A stretch of DNA of 64,000 bases from Octopus vulgaris (GCA_951406725.2 OX597841.1:17918001-17982000); one strand, 5' to 3'; numbered from the stretch's first letter, positions 13,251 through 26,721 are shown. A program made the numbers and translations. The notes: generated by a model not told the origin, from the sequence alone.

Positions 13251-13774
13251 AATGGCATCATGAATCATCGAATGAAGGTGTCTCATTTTCTTCCACCACA
13301 AATTTTAATCTAAAAATTTTTTTCAAAAAATGTCCTTTTGATGTAGTTTTGCATGATTTTCTCTTCTTTGTATAAAATTTCTTTTATTTATTTATAACAT
13401 TTAAAGAGAAAGAAATGGAGCGGGGGTGAAAGGGAAGAAAAGAAAAAGGGTGGGGAGTAAAGCAGCAGAAGATGGAGCGAGAAGAGGCAATGGGGTCACA
13501 TACACCTCCTGAACAAATGGTGTCCCTCGGTAATGACTGTGATGCTGTTGTTGTGGAGAATGGCCAGCAGCTTTCACTGCAGCTGCCTCTCTGCCATACA
13601 GGGGTCATTTCTCAGACGGGCCACTGTTATCCTGATTTTGCAGAGGAGATCAGTCACACAGGGTTTTAGAAACCCCTGATGCCTCAACAGTAACTAGTAC
13701 AAACTGGCAGCAGCTAGTCAGGCCCCTGCAATTATTGACTGCTGATGATGAATATTTTGGAAAAGGTGGCAAAT

Positions 13775-13990
13775 GTGGTGAGCTGGCAGAATCGTTAGCA
13801 TACTGGGCGAAATGCTTAGTGGTATTTTGTCTGTCTTCACATTCTGAGTTCAAATTCAGCTGAGGTCATCTTTGCCTTTCATCCTTTCAGGGTTGATAAA
13901 TTACATACCAGTTACATACTGGAGTCAATGTAATTGACCGGTCCTCTCCCCCAAAATTTCAGGCTTTGTGCCTTTAGTAGAAAGGATTAT
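13775..13990 (+). mobile_element. Nin/Deu-domain-like SINE, family D. Other copies at 41690-42000(-), 46160-46348(-), 47070-47272(-), 52165-52375(-)
   Basis: tRNA-like head plus GAGGTC..CTTTGCCTTTCATCCTTTC.GGGT.GATAAA...TACCAG, the conserved Nin/Deu SINE domain motif. Confidence 0.7.
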
Positions 13991-15054
13991 TTTAGAAAAT
14001 TAACCTTTAGAACACTCATAGTGCATTACGTCACTATATGAGTTATCTCCCCTGTAGTAACAGGAGAGTGGCAGGGGAAACAATTTTAAAGACAAATGCA
14101 GTGTGCTAAAGGTTAATAATAAAGAAATTTAGAGGCATTTAACGTTTTAACATTCATATTATTCTGTCAAAAGTAATTCTTATCTATTTCCATTGTTTTG
14201 TATTAATCCTCCATTATCTTGTAGCTTTGAGATTTTGTAGAGGCAAATGTTAATTTTTAAAATGATATTGCAAAGATGGCATGAAAGGTCAGATCTGGTC
14301 TGTTTAAATATAAAACAGGTAGAATATTTTAGCTGGAAAAGGTCAGTTTAAATGCTAAAGGGTGAAATTAACTTAAAGAAAGAAATTCCATTCAGAGCTG
14401 TTTGAAAGAAGAATGTTTGGCCATTTTTGGCTTAATTTGGATTTTCTGTAACGTCTTTTTGCAAACTTACTTCCCCTTGTAGGTGCAGGTGTGGCTGTGT
14501 AGCTAAGAAGTTTGGTTTATAAATACATGGTCTCATGTTCAGTCCCCCTGTGTGGCACCTTGAGCAAGTGTCTTCTACTATAGCCCTGGGCTAAGCAAGA
14601 CTTTGTATGGGAGTTTAGTATACAGAAATTGGGTGCAAATTTGTGTGTGTGTGTGTGTGTGTATATATTTATATATATATATTTATTTATAAATAGATGA
14701 GTGTATTTTTACCTTGTTATCAATTAACATGGAAAAAATAAATAAATAGTTACTAGGGTAGCAAAAATCTCACAAGTATTCCTTTGAATAGTATCAGTGG
14801 ATATTTCGAAACATGTGTCAAAAGTAAAAATATTTGATTACACCTGCGTTAACTCCATTTATTTATTCATATATACATATATATATATATATATATATTA
14901 CCTATATATTTATATAAATATTATATATAGTGGTTACTCTCTTATATTTACGTATAAAATTTATTGTATTCCTGGTTTTTATGCACTAAGCCACTTGGTG
15001 TTAAATTGAAGGTACTATTAAATTAGTATCCAATTTTCTCACCCTTATTAGTTG

Positions 15055-15104
<50 letters not shown>

Positions 15105-15503
15105 TATATATATACATAATATATAATTGCGATGCAATTAATTCATTTATTGTATTATATGGGCAAAGGTAAAATGTTTTACCTCAAATTCATAATACAA
15201 AATAAGAAAATGGAGGAATACACCTTAATCAATAATCAACTACCAGATAATACCCATTCACATAATTTATTAACCAACTACATAGGAACATCAAGATCAA
15301 ACACAATAGAATGTATATTCTAATATATTGATTTGACTAACTGTAACCTTATATGTATGTATATTATTATGTATATACTTATATATATGTAGGTGCATGT
15401 GTATATACACTTATATGTATGTATATATTACATATTATGTATATGTACTCATTCTTGTATATGTGTACCTTCTCTTATATTCATATTTGAATTGTACTTT
15501 ATA

Positions 15504-15630
15504 ATCTCTGAAGAGGCCTTGGGATATATATGTAAGTATCTCATTTATAACCACATATTACCTTAACACACCTGGCTAATATGAGCATAATGAGATATTC
15601 ATATCTACATGGCTGAAACAGCTGTAAGAT
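15504..15630 (+). ncRNA. Type-I hammerhead ribozyme motif with long stem II
   Basis: Stem I ATCT/AGAT; core CTGAAGA; stem II closed by GGCC/GGCT with inner TATCTCATT/AATGAGATA; GAAA-CAGCTG-TA. It lies between inverted ~120-bp arms at 15195-15310 and 15728-15845. Confidence 0.75.
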
Positions 15631-15837
15631 CGAATTTATATTTATATTTATATTTATTTATATTTATTTATACGTATTGTACTTATTGTATCATATTACT
15701 CATTGATGTGCACTGTTTTGTTCTGTATTATTGTGTTTGATCTTGATGTTCCTATGTAGTTGGTTAATAAATTATGTAAATGGGTATTACCTGGTAGTTG
15801 ATTATTGATTAAAGTGTATTCCTCCATTTTCTTATTT

Positions 15838-15907
<70 letters not shown>

Positions 15908-16101
15908 TATTTATATTTATAAAGAGTGAGTGAACAAACAAAAGGAACAGGTAGTCAACACATTTAGTAGGCATTACATATATTATTTAGGAGTCATATA
16001 TATTATTTAAAATAGTTTGATTCATATGACTTAAAGTTTGGTGGACTTCTGTTAGAGGCCGACAAAACTTCAAGTTGCATGGAGCCAAATCCAGCTGCTT
16101 T

Positions 16102-16154
<53 letters not shown>

Positions 16155-16200
16155 TAGCAGGGTGTAGTTTGAAAGAAGCCTTTATTGTTTTGATATTTAA

Positions 16201-16420
16201 CCCTTTAGCATTCAGATTTCTCTGTTAAATGTTCTGCTTATTTTTTCACATTGCTTTGAATTAATCCTGCTTTATCTCATAGCTTTGAAATTTTGATGAT
16301 GTGATTCTATATTTTTAGAATGACATTGTAGGGTTGGTGTGACAGGCCAGATCTGACCAGTTTGAACTTAAAACATGAAGAATATTTGGGCCAGACATCA
16401 CTGGTTTAATTACTAAAGGG
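16201..16420. mobile_element. TTAA-flanked (piggyBac-type) MITE; related copy near 14140-14362
   Basis: TTAA|CCCTTTAG...CTAAAGGG|TTAA. Confidence 0.75.
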
Positions 16421-17329
16421 TTAAAATTAAGATTGAAATTGTTCAAAAACCTTTAGAAGTGAAAGCAGAAGTGAGGAAGAGAGAAGAACCGCTTGTACTT
16501 TACCTTGATGGAAACTGAAAGAAGCCCATCATATGTGTGTGTGTTTGTGTGTGTATGTGTGTCTTTGTGTCTGTGTTTCTATATTTCTATATTTTGAGGT
16601 GAATATTCCTTCATCATGAAGAAGTAGAGAATGATGTTGAGTTGGTAGCTTTTTTCCAGATCTATAGGAAGGGAATGTGGTCAATGATGTGTTCTGGACA
16701 ACCCTGTGACAACAAGCAATCGACCCCGTGCAAACTCTTATCTGCTTTTGATCAATGGCTTCAGTTTATTTATGAGGAGGGTTTCCCACTTTTTTCATGC
16801 TATGCTCTGCTGTCTTAATAACAACCACAAAGTCCTGAATATGGGTGTGTTCCAGGTATTTTCTGATTCATATATTTGTCTGTACATAGTCATTAGACTG
16901 CAGCCATACTGGAGCACTGCTTGAAGAATTTTTTAGTGGGATGAACATACCCCAGTATCTGTTTTTGGTACTTATTCCTTTGCTCTCTTTTTGATGAACC
17001 ACTACATTATAGGGATGTAAACACACAAACACTGGCTGTCAAGCTGTGGTGGGGGAGAAACACAGACACAAAGACACACAAACACACACACACACATATG
17101 ATGGGCTTCTTTCAGTTTTCATCAAGTAAATCCATCCACAAGGCTTTGTTCAGCATGAGGCTAAGGTACCATGCAGTGGGACTGAACCTGGAACCATGTG
17201 TTGGGAAGGAAGCTTCTTATTTGGTGTTGGTGATTTCTATCAGTCCCCCGCAAACCATGAATCAGGGGATTTTCTGAATGGAACACCAAGTAAGAAACTA
17301 CATTAAATTAATTTAGCAATGCAACCCAC

Positions 17330-17537
17330 CTGTTAATAAGCCATATCTTATGCAACCCACATCTTGTAAAGGGTTGCCCAAGTTTAAATTCTGCCTCATT
17401 ACACCTGTTACACGATTGAGAAAGTTCATTTAGTATGTTTGTGACTCTGGGTTGGTAGGTTAGGAGTAATTCACAGTGAACACATGTTGATGTCCTCCTC
17501 ACAAGAGGAAGTCAGCATTTAGATGTCATCCCCATAC
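17330..17537 (-). CDS. Candidate exon of an unidentified minus-strand gene (5'UTR plus possible start MNFLNRVTGVMRQNLNLGNPLQDVGCIRYGLLT)
   Basis: Acceptor TTTTTCCTCTCCAG|G, donor ACAG|GTGGGT, and an open frame from ATG at 17429 to the donor in non-repetitive sequence. No homology recognised. Confidence 0.3.
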
Positions 17538-17644
17538 CTGGAGAGGAAAAACACACGAGTAGGAAGTGTTAAATGGTCTGCACTTTAGCTGGTCAATAGC
17601 CAGCAGACCTGACTGGTTTCATACCATAGACAGAGCCAAGATCT

Positions 17645-18606
17645 TGTAGCGTACCCTTAGTGAAATCCTCTCTCTCTGACATATATAACACAAATACGGA
17701 CGTAGCAGATAACAGCTAACTTTTGGCTGCAATTTGGACCCTGTTGTGTCCACCACTCTGATTGGTTGGTATTGGTGCAATTTGTCTTTTACTCTGTCAC
17801 GCCAATATGCAATCAGAGTCCCTGAATAAGATCATGTAAGACAGCTAGTTCACAATCCAATTTGAGCCTACTGTTACGTATAAAAAACCCAGTGATCCAG
17901 TGAATTGTTCGTCTTTGGTCCTTGACCATTGACCACGGAGCATCTAAACCAGACAGCCAGTTCCAGTGACCCAGCCATGTTCCTGCGACGACACCAAAAA
18001 CAACATGCAGTATCTCAGGACGTTTTCCACCTCCATTGCCTTCACCTCAACGTCGCCATCACCACCGTTGACTTCAACAATATGTACGCAGCCATCGCCC
18101 AGGTTTAACTTCATGCTGTTGTGAATATTCACCAAGCTCTACCTGTGAGACCTTCTGTACCAAAGCAACCTGGCATAGGATTGATGCCTCAACCACTACA
18201 CCACATGGGTTCAACTGGCTCTCCACTTTGCCACCAACTTCATTGATACAGAACCACTGCCATGGTGTGTCTTACACTGAAGCGGTATTTATCAACATCT
18301 TGTCTGAACATTCATTTGTATCCTGAGAGACTCATTTCCTATTGTTCTGACTACACTCACGAACACACAGACACACACTTGTCGCACGCACTCAGACAAA
18401 CACTCTGCTAGCACTCATACACGCTCTTATGTACGCATCTGTAAATAAAGTTTTCTTCTTTAATGGTTGTGCTGTCTTCTCTATTCTTCCTTGGCACTGG
18501 CATTCTTTTATTCCATGTATTTTGGCTTCTTTTTTGTAAGGCAACTGTGTGGTGTTGAAAAGGAGACATTCTGTCAGCATCTCCTTTACGTACAGTCATC
18601 TCTAGA
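17645..18606 (+). mobile_element. Solo LTR (Gypsy-like, 4-bp TSD)
   Basis: Starts TGTAGCGTAC and ends TAGA (decayed TACA), with ATCT duplicated on both flanks. Internal TATAAAA and AATAAA. Homologous to 57951-59071 and 62939-63700. Confidence 0.75.
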
Positions 18607-18751
18607 ATCTGTTTGAATACCAAGTCATCATACTGAAAGTAAGGGTTGCTTATGGTGATGGTCAACAGTTGGAAAATGTCTGAGGCAGAAGAGGCAGAAG
18701 GGAGTAAGGAAGTGGAGACGAAGACAAAGGAGAAGTGTGTGTGTGTGTGCA

Positions 18752-18837
<86 letters not shown>

Positions 18838-18846
<9 letters not shown>

Positions 18847-19092
18847 GCAACAAGAATGAATCCGGTAATTTAGTACAATTGTTTCATACTACAACATTTT
18901 ATTAAAAGCTGCAAATATTACAGCAGATTTAAGATGATCTGAAAACTTTTATATTATTGGAAAACCTATATAAATCAGCTGAAGATTACTCAGCATCTTA
19001 AATCTGCTGTAATATTTACAGCTTTTATAAAATGTTGTAGTATGAAACAATTGTACTAAATTACCGGATTCATTCTTGTTGCTTATTTTTTA
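18838..19092. repeat. Fold-back element (~100-bp arms) with a decayed hammerhead (CTGAAGA 18979-18985, GAAACAATTGTA 19044-19055)
   Basis: The left arm is the near-perfect reverse complement of the right arm, and the element sits next to (TA)n. Confidence 0.75.
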
Positions 19093-19190
19093 TTATAATC
19101 ACCACGCATATTTTTATGGATAACACCATACAAAATTCTGGTGCATCTAAATTAAGTACCATATTCATTTGAATCTAAATTGTTGCTGAT

Positions 19191-19228
<38 letters not shown>

Positions 19229-19267
19229 TAAAAAATGGAGTTAACGCAGGTGTAATCAAATATTTTT

Positions 19268-19353
19268 ACTTTCGACACATGTTTCGAAAATTCCACTGAT
19301 ACTATTCAAAAGAATAAATGGTATAAACAATGCAATCTTCTCCTCAGGAAAGT
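19268..19353 (-). ncRNA. Type-I hammerhead ribozyme motif, canonical GUC site
   Basis: Minus strand reads ACTTTC-CTGAGGA-GAAGATT...AATTTTC-GAAAC-ATGT-GTC-GAAAGT: perfect 6-bp stem I, 7-bp stem II, intact core. Confidence 0.8.
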
Positions 19354-19787
19354 GAAAAAAACGAAACTCATCAATAAGACATTTTAGCAAAAAATGATGG
19401 ATTTGTATAGCGATAGACAGAACGCTATTAATATTGTTTAAAAAAACGTTATATGATATAACGTCATAAGTAGCTAACAGAAAGAGTAGGGATATTAATA
19501 TTTTTTATTCATATTATTCAAAATATTCAACGTAAACACGAAGTTTCTACCTTTATAAACAAGGAGTTACAACACCTTTACTTGTGAGATTTTTGCTGCC
19601 CTGGTAACTATTTATTTTTTTTTCTGTGTTAATTGTTAACAAGGTAAAAATACACTCATCTATTTATAATATTTATACATAATTATAGAATAATTTGTAA
19701 AATTTACCTAAAAGGTTTTTATATACGTACTGGCTACCTGGTAAAATTATTACTGATTTTACCCTATATTATTAAAATCAAAATATG

Positions 19788-19945
<158 letters not shown>

Positions 19946-20429
19946 AAGCATCTTTCAGTTTCCATCTACCAAATCCAGTCAGTCGGAGGCAATAATAGAT
20001 GACATTTGCTCAAGGGGCTACACAGTCGACTGAACCCAGAACCATATGGTTCGGAAGCAAATTTCTTATCCTACAGCGACACCTGCACCTATATGTGTGT
20101 GTGTCTGTGAGAAAAGGTTGAGTTCTGTTTCATCCTTTACTTTGGAGGCTTCCAAAAGTCGATTTCTAATAAAGTTACTTCCTATTTCATTGGTAGCTTA
20201 CTGTTGTAAGAATTTTGTGAATATGAAAATGCTACAAGTATAAGGTGTGTTGTGAGTATTTATAGAACACGTACCCTATAGAAACCCAACAAACTGTTAA
20301 AGATGGAGAAGAGAAAGTGTGAAAAATTGTAAATGAATGTAATCCATGCATATAATCATTTCAAACAGCAGTAAATAACATGGGAGAAAAATTAGAAATT
20401 AATCTAATTAAAATTAAATTAATTACATA

Positions 20430-20591
20430 GGCGTAGGAGTGGCTGTGTGGTAAGTAGCTTGTCTACCAACCACATGGTTCCGGGTTCAGTCCCACTGCGT
20501 GGCACCTTTGGCAAGTGTCTTCTACTATAGCCTCGGGCTGACCGAAGCCTTGTGAGTGGATTTGGTAGACAGAAACTGAAACAAGCCTGTC

Positions 20592-20683
<92 letters not shown>

Positions 20684-20870
20684 TTGTCCTCCCACCATCG
20701 CTTGACAACTGATGCTGGTGTGTTTACGTCCCTGTAACCTAGCGGTTTGGCAAAAGAGACTGATAGAATAAGTACTAAGCTTACAAAGAATAAGTCCTGG
20801 GGGTCAGTTTGCTTGATTAAAGGTGCTGCTCCAGCATGGCCATAGTCAAATGACTGAACCAAGTAAAAGA
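20430..20870 (+). mobile_element. SINE family A, full length
   Basis: Runs from the head GGCGTAGGAGTGGCTGTGTGG to the tail ACAAGTAAAAGAG, with an internal (TA)(TG) tract. Confidence 0.85.
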
Positions 20871-21229
20871 GTACATATTACTGTCTCCTCCTCAGTGCGA
20901 AAAAAGAATCATCATCATCATCGTTTAACGTCCGTTTTCCATGCTAGCATGGGTTGGACGGTTTGGCCGGGGTCTGGGAAGCCAGGAGGCTGCACCAGGC
21001 TCCAGTCTGATTTGGCAGTGTTTCTACGGCTGGATGCCCTTCTTAACGCCAACCACTCCATGAGTGTAGTGGGTGCTTTTTACGTGCCACCGGCACAGGG
21101 GCCAGGCGAGGCTGGCAAACGGCCACGCTCGGTTGGTGCTGCATCAAAATACTAATATTATTATTGTTAGAGAAGACTTGAAGGAGTATCACATAACATA
21201 TTCGGATACTCATGTTATCCTTATGAAAG

Positions 21230-22060
21230 ATTAAGAGCAGGCTAAGGTAGGGCTGTTGGGTCTACACAACCAGAACAACAAAAACAGTGACAACGAACAT
21301 CACATCAAGTAACGAACAAACGACAGGATGGTCACAGTTGGAGCACTTTTTAATAATTGATAAACTCATTTGAGGTTAAACGATCAGAAAAAGTGACAAC
21401 TAATGTCACATTAGTTAATGTAAACCGAGATACACTGTGTCTGAACATAGGACAGGATGGTCACAGCTGGACTGTCTTTAATTATAGGTAAACTAAATCA
21501 AGATTGAATAAGCAGAGCAGCAGGGACAACAACAACAACAACAACAACAGTCATATTAGACAATGTGGTCCTACATACACTAATCTGAGTAAAAGAGTGG
21601 ATGGTCACGGTTGGACTGTCTTCAATTATAAGTACACGCGATCAAAACTGACTTGAGACTATACAACCAATGCAAGAATAACAATGAAAATAAATGTCAC
21701 ATTGAATAGTGTAGTCCTTGGCACACTATGTCTGAATAAAAGATGGGATGGTCACAGGTGGAAAAAAACCTTCAATCATAAAAACCAATGCAATCAGAGA
21801 GGACCTGAAGAACTAAATCAACAACAATAACAAAGATTACATTAGAAAATGTAACCCTTGGTATACTATGACTGGATGAGACAGGATGGTGAAAGCATGG
21901 TGCAGCGTACAAAGCCAAACTTGTTTACAAGAGACAGCCATGGGTCTCTTTTCTTTTTTATTTTTTCTTTACATAACTCATACACAATTCACATATATGC
22001 AAAACAGACATTAAACAATGACAATGAACATGGGGCAGGATGGTCACATCTGGAACGACT
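21230..22060 (+). repeat. Degenerate tandem array, ~130-190-bp units anchored on GGATGGTCAC
   Basis: (CA)GGATGGTCAC-like motif near 21266, 21455, 21599, 21746, 21884 and 22038, with similar flanks and CAA runs. Confidence 0.7.
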
Positions 22061-22278
22061 GCATTGAAAAACAGATGTTAAATGACAATGATATGTGCGT
22101 ATATATACATATACATATATACATATACATATATATATATATATACATATACATATCTACATATATACATATACATATATATACATATACATATATACAT
22201 ATATACATATACATATATATATATATACATATACATATATACATATATACATATACATATATACATATATACATATAC

Positions 22279-22309
<31 letters not shown>

Positions 22310-22318
22310 CATATATAC

Positions 22319-22354
<36 letters not shown>

Positions 22355-22742
22355 CAGTAAGGCTATTTACCCTATTGTCTCAGCTATCTTCGCAGCCATC
22401 CTGCTTTTGAGAATTCCTTTATTTTCTGTGAAATACCAGCACATTCAGTGCTTCTACGTTTGTTTACAAAACGATCTTACATTCCAAGAGCTATTAATTA
22501 GCATTGCCCGAAGATGGTAATTGTTGCCAGGGATCTCTTGGCTTAATGGTACCCAGTGCTCAGCTGGCAGTTGAAAGGTATACGGTCTGATTGTCTGTAC
22601 AGGATTGCTGGCCACTTTTTTTCCCATCTTCTAAAAACGGTATTTATCCAATTTTCTAAACTATCATCACAGCCACCCTGCATTCAAGAATTCCTTTCTT
22701 TTCTGTAGAATACCAACACACTTGGCACTCATAATTTCGTTT

Positions 22743-22781
<39 letters not shown>

Positions 22782-22939
22782 CATCACATATCTGAAAAGA
22801 AACAAACTCTAAAAGGATAGAACAGTAATGTATTTACATGCAGCTAAGTATATGTCCAGCCAGGCACTTTATGGATGTGAAACCATTGGTCACTCTATGA
22901 CTGGGCATATATTTAATTGCATCTATCTATCTATCTGTG

Positions 22940-23235
22940 GAGGCACATGGCCTAGTGGTTAGAGCAGTGGACTCGTGATCGAGGGATCACGGGTTTGAAT
23001 CTCAGACCGGGTGATGTGTGTTTATGAGCAAAATACCTAAGCTCCACATGGCTCCGGCAGAAGGTAATGGCGAACTTCTGCTGACTCTTTCGCCACAACT
23101 TTTCTCTCACTCTCTCCTCCTGCATCTTGCAGCTCACCTGCGACGGACTGGCGTCCCGTCCAGGTAGGTAACCTATATGCCAAGGAAACTGGGAAACCGG
23201 CCCTTATGAGCCAGGCGTGGCTCAAGAAGGAACAA
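22940..23235 (+). mobile_element. tRNA-Arg-like SINE, family C. Other copies at 37120-37382(-), 41316-41690, 54520-54740(-), 9270-9570(-)
   Basis: Head GGAGGC.CA.TGGCC.AGTGGTTAG.GCAG.GGACTCG.G.TC with A/B boxes and a TCG anticodon-like loop. Confidence 0.75.
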
Positions 23236-23323
23236 ACATCTATCTATCTATTTATCTATCTGTCTATCTATCTATTTATCTATCTGTCTGCCCATCTATC
23301 TATCTATCTATCTATCTATCTAC

Positions 23324-23387
<64 letters not shown>

Positions 23388-23394
23388 ATAACAA

Positions 23395-23725
23395 AGTACA
23401 ATTGGAAGGTATTGCACGAGTGAAAATATATAAGGAAGAGTATTTAAAACTGCAAAGGTCTTAAAAATAAAATGCAAGGCTCTGCATTTAATAATAAAAT
23501 AGAGTCTCTGACAATGATATGAAATTGTTAAGAAACAATTTCATATCATTGTCAGAGACTCTATCACTGTATTTTAAAGAATCTATGTTAACCATTTTTT
23601 AACACCACAAAGGCTACTCAGAGCCTTGCATTTTATTTTTAAAATTTGTTTTTAAAAATTGAAACCAGTCAAGTCAATAAACATCTTTAAAAGACCTTTG
23701 CAGCTCCAAATCCTCTTCCCTAAAT
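23395..23725. repeat. Nested inverted-repeat element with a perfect inner hairpin (23499-23565)
   Basis: ATAGAGTCTCTGACAATGATATGAAATTGTT pairs with AACAATTTCATATCATTGTCAGAGACTCTAT, and the outer arms are also complementary. Its ends are related to 27945-28050. Confidence 0.7.
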
Positions 23726-23756
23726 ATATCTATATGTATATATATGTGTGTATATA

Positions 23757-23827
<71 letters not shown>

Positions 23828-23830
23828 ATA

Positions 23831-23866
<36 letters not shown>

Positions 23867-24115
23867 GAATAAAGGAATAGGGATTTGAAATCCAGGCAGG
23901 TACCTTATGAGCACTATGATACTATCCAGATTTGACTAACTACATTGAATATTAGAGAGCCTTTAGAATCATTTAAGATAAACGATTAAACTGTCCTTCA
24001 TTCGTTAGGTAAATCTTGAGTTCATTTCATGAGATTTCAGTCAACATGCAGAGTATATAATGAAGACATTATAGAGAAGAATGGAGAATTATACGTATTC
24101 ATAATTTATTTGTTA

Positions 24116-25383
24116 TTTAGTTGTCCAGAAAGTTTGTGCCGATTTTTAAAGGAAAGTAAAAGGTCAATAAATACTTGCCATTTACATTTTTAATGAACCA
24201 AATATGAACCATTTTGTTGCACAATGCGTCTCCATCTTTCCTTTAACTTGAAAATACCCTCTTCCCAGAATTGAGGTGGTTTCATGGCCAAGAATTCATC
24301 AAGGTATCTTTTTATGTCATCCAAGGAATTTAAATTTTTACCATTAAGACTATTCTGCAGAGACCTGAATAAGTGGAAATCCAAAGGAGCAATATCTGGT
24401 GAATATGGAGGGTGGGGTAACATATCCCAGCCGAGCTGCAACAATTTTTATCTGGTTTCCAAAGAAACGTGCGGTCTTGCATTATCATGTTGGAAAACAA
24501 CACCCTTCCAGTTGGCCAATTCTGAACGTTTCTCTTGAATTGCTGCTTTTAACTTGTCCAGTTGTGAGCAGTATTCCTCAGAATTTATTGTCTGGTAGTT
24601 CATAGTACAGAATTCCTTTCCAATTCCACCAGATACAAAGTAAGACTTTTTTAGGGTGAAGACGCACTTCGGGGGTCGCTAAGGGTGGCTCATGTCGCTT
24701 ACTCCAGGATCGCTTTCTCTGAACATTTCAGTAGATAATCCATTTCTCATCACCTGTCACAATTTGCTTTAAAAAAGACGCATTTTCACTCCACTTATAA
24801 AGCGAATCACAGATGGAAATGCGATCCAAAAGATTCTTCTCACTCAACTCTTGTGGTACCCAAACGTCGTAGTGTTTTGTGTACCCAAACTTTACCAGGT
24901 GCTCATGAATAACGGATTTTGATAGGTTGAGGCTTTCTGCCAATTCTCGGGTTGTCCAATGTGGGTTATTCTCAATTAATGACTTGATTTGGTCATCATC
25001 TGTAGTGGATGGTCTGCCTGATTGCTCTTTATCAATAAGGCTATAATCTCCAGCTGAGAACCTTGCGAACCATTTCCATACAGTTCTTTTGGATAAAGAA
25101 ACATCACCATAAACTGCGCATATTTCTTTGGTTGCTTGTGAAGCATTTTCCCTTTACGGTAAAAGAAAAACATCAAGTATTGAAAATGAACTTTCTTCCA
25201 TTTTAAAGGGTTACAGAATTAACACAGGTTATAGGAACATAAACCTTCTTCCACGAAAAGATAGCTTAAACTGTGCTCTAAATGGAGGTGTAGTCAAATC
25301 CTACTTTATGGACACAACCATGTTCTGAACTAAGTCGAAAGGTAAGCTACTATAAATTGGCACAAACTTTCCGGACAACCCAA
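24116..25383 (-). mobile_element. Full-length but inactivated mariner (D,D34D) transposon
   Basis: ~28-bp TIRs (TTGGGTTGTCCGGAAAGTTTGTGCC) with TA flanks. Motifs WVPQEL, IVTGDEKWI, HDNARP and HPPYSPDIAPLDFHLF. The ORF is broken. Confidence 0.92.
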
Positions 25384-25550
25384 TAAAATATTGTTTTCAC
25401 CAAATTCTAATCTGACATGTGTTTCTTCTGGATAAGTGTCCTAGTCTCCTTTCAGGTAACAGTTAAGTGCATTTAGTTGATTTATATTAAATCAGCAAAA
25501 TGCATATAAGTTCGCTTCACCTATCCACATGGTAACACCTTGAACAAAGT

Positions 25551-25582
<32 letters not shown>

Positions 25583-25587
<5 letters not shown>

Positions 25588-26644
25588 GGCTGATAGAAAT
25601 TGGCTGCCGATTCTTCGCGCCCTTCTCTCCCCCTCTTTTACATTGTCTGTCTGGACTCCTATGCATACTTAAGCTAGTAACCTGCCTCATTCTTGATTCC
25701 GAATTCCTTTTGCCAAGACTGTCCGTAAACGAAGTGATCCCAAGATAAGAAATCCTTGAACTTTAATTCATCCCGTATTTCTATTTATTATTATTATTTA
25801 TTAATTATTATTATTCTGATCCCCCTAGTCACCACTCTGTTTACTATTTCAGCCTCGCCTCGTTTTTGCATATTCTGTATAATTCACTAGTTATTGTTAT
25901 AGATATTTAAGATCTATCTCCCTATACAGGGCTGATAGAAATTGGCTGCCGATTCTTCGCGCCCTTCTCTCCCCCTCTTTTTACATTGTCTGTCTGGACT
26001 CCTATGCATACTTAAGCTAGTAACCTGCCTCATTCTTGATTCCGAATTCCTTTTGCCAAGACTGTCCGTAAACGAAGTGATCCCAAGATAAGAAATCCTT
26101 GAACTTTAATTCATCCCGTATTTCTATTTATTATTATTATTTATTAATTATTATTATTCTGATCCCCCTAGTCACCACTCTGTTTACTATTTCAGCCTCG
26201 CCTCGTTTTTGCATATTCTGTATAATTCACTAGTTATCGTTATAGATACTTAAGATCTATCTCCCTTATAGGGCTGATAGAAATTGGCTGCCGATTCTTC
26301 GCGCCCTTCTCTCCCCCTCTTTTTACATTGTCTGTCTGGACTCCTATGCATACTTAAGCTAGTAACCTGCCTCATTCTTGATTCCGAATTCCTTTTGCCA
26401 AGACTGTCCGTAAACGAAGTGATCCCAAGATAAGAAATCCTTGAACTTTAATTCATCCCGTATTTCTATTTATTATTATTATTTATTAATTATTATTATT
26501 CTGATCCCCCTAGTCACCACTCTGTTTACTATTTCAGCCTCGCCTCGTTTTTGCATATTCTGTATAATTCACTAGTTATCGTTATAGATATTTAAGATCT
26601 ATCTCCCTTACAGGGCTGATAGAAATTGGCTGCCGATTCTTCGC
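25583..26644 (+). repeat. Tandem repeat, 342-bp unit, 3.1 copies
   Basis: TA(C/T)AGGGCTGATAGAAATTGG at 25583, 25925, 26267 and 26609. Units are near-identical. Confidence 0.95.
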
Positions 26645-26721
26645 GGCGCGCCCGCCCTACCCACCCCCACCACCAATACCGGATATCTCTATTTTGCTCC
26701 AACTATACCGGATGTCGTTTC

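Noticed and set aside
22505-22590. Hammerhead-like CCGAAGA...GAAA...GTC between two ~80-bp direct repeats
   Set aside because: Stems I and III do not pair convincingly; too decayed to call.
24190-25176. Mariner ORFs as a domesticated SETMAR-like gene
   Set aside because: The frame is broken by stops and frameshifts and both TIRs are present, so this is an ordinary dead transposon.
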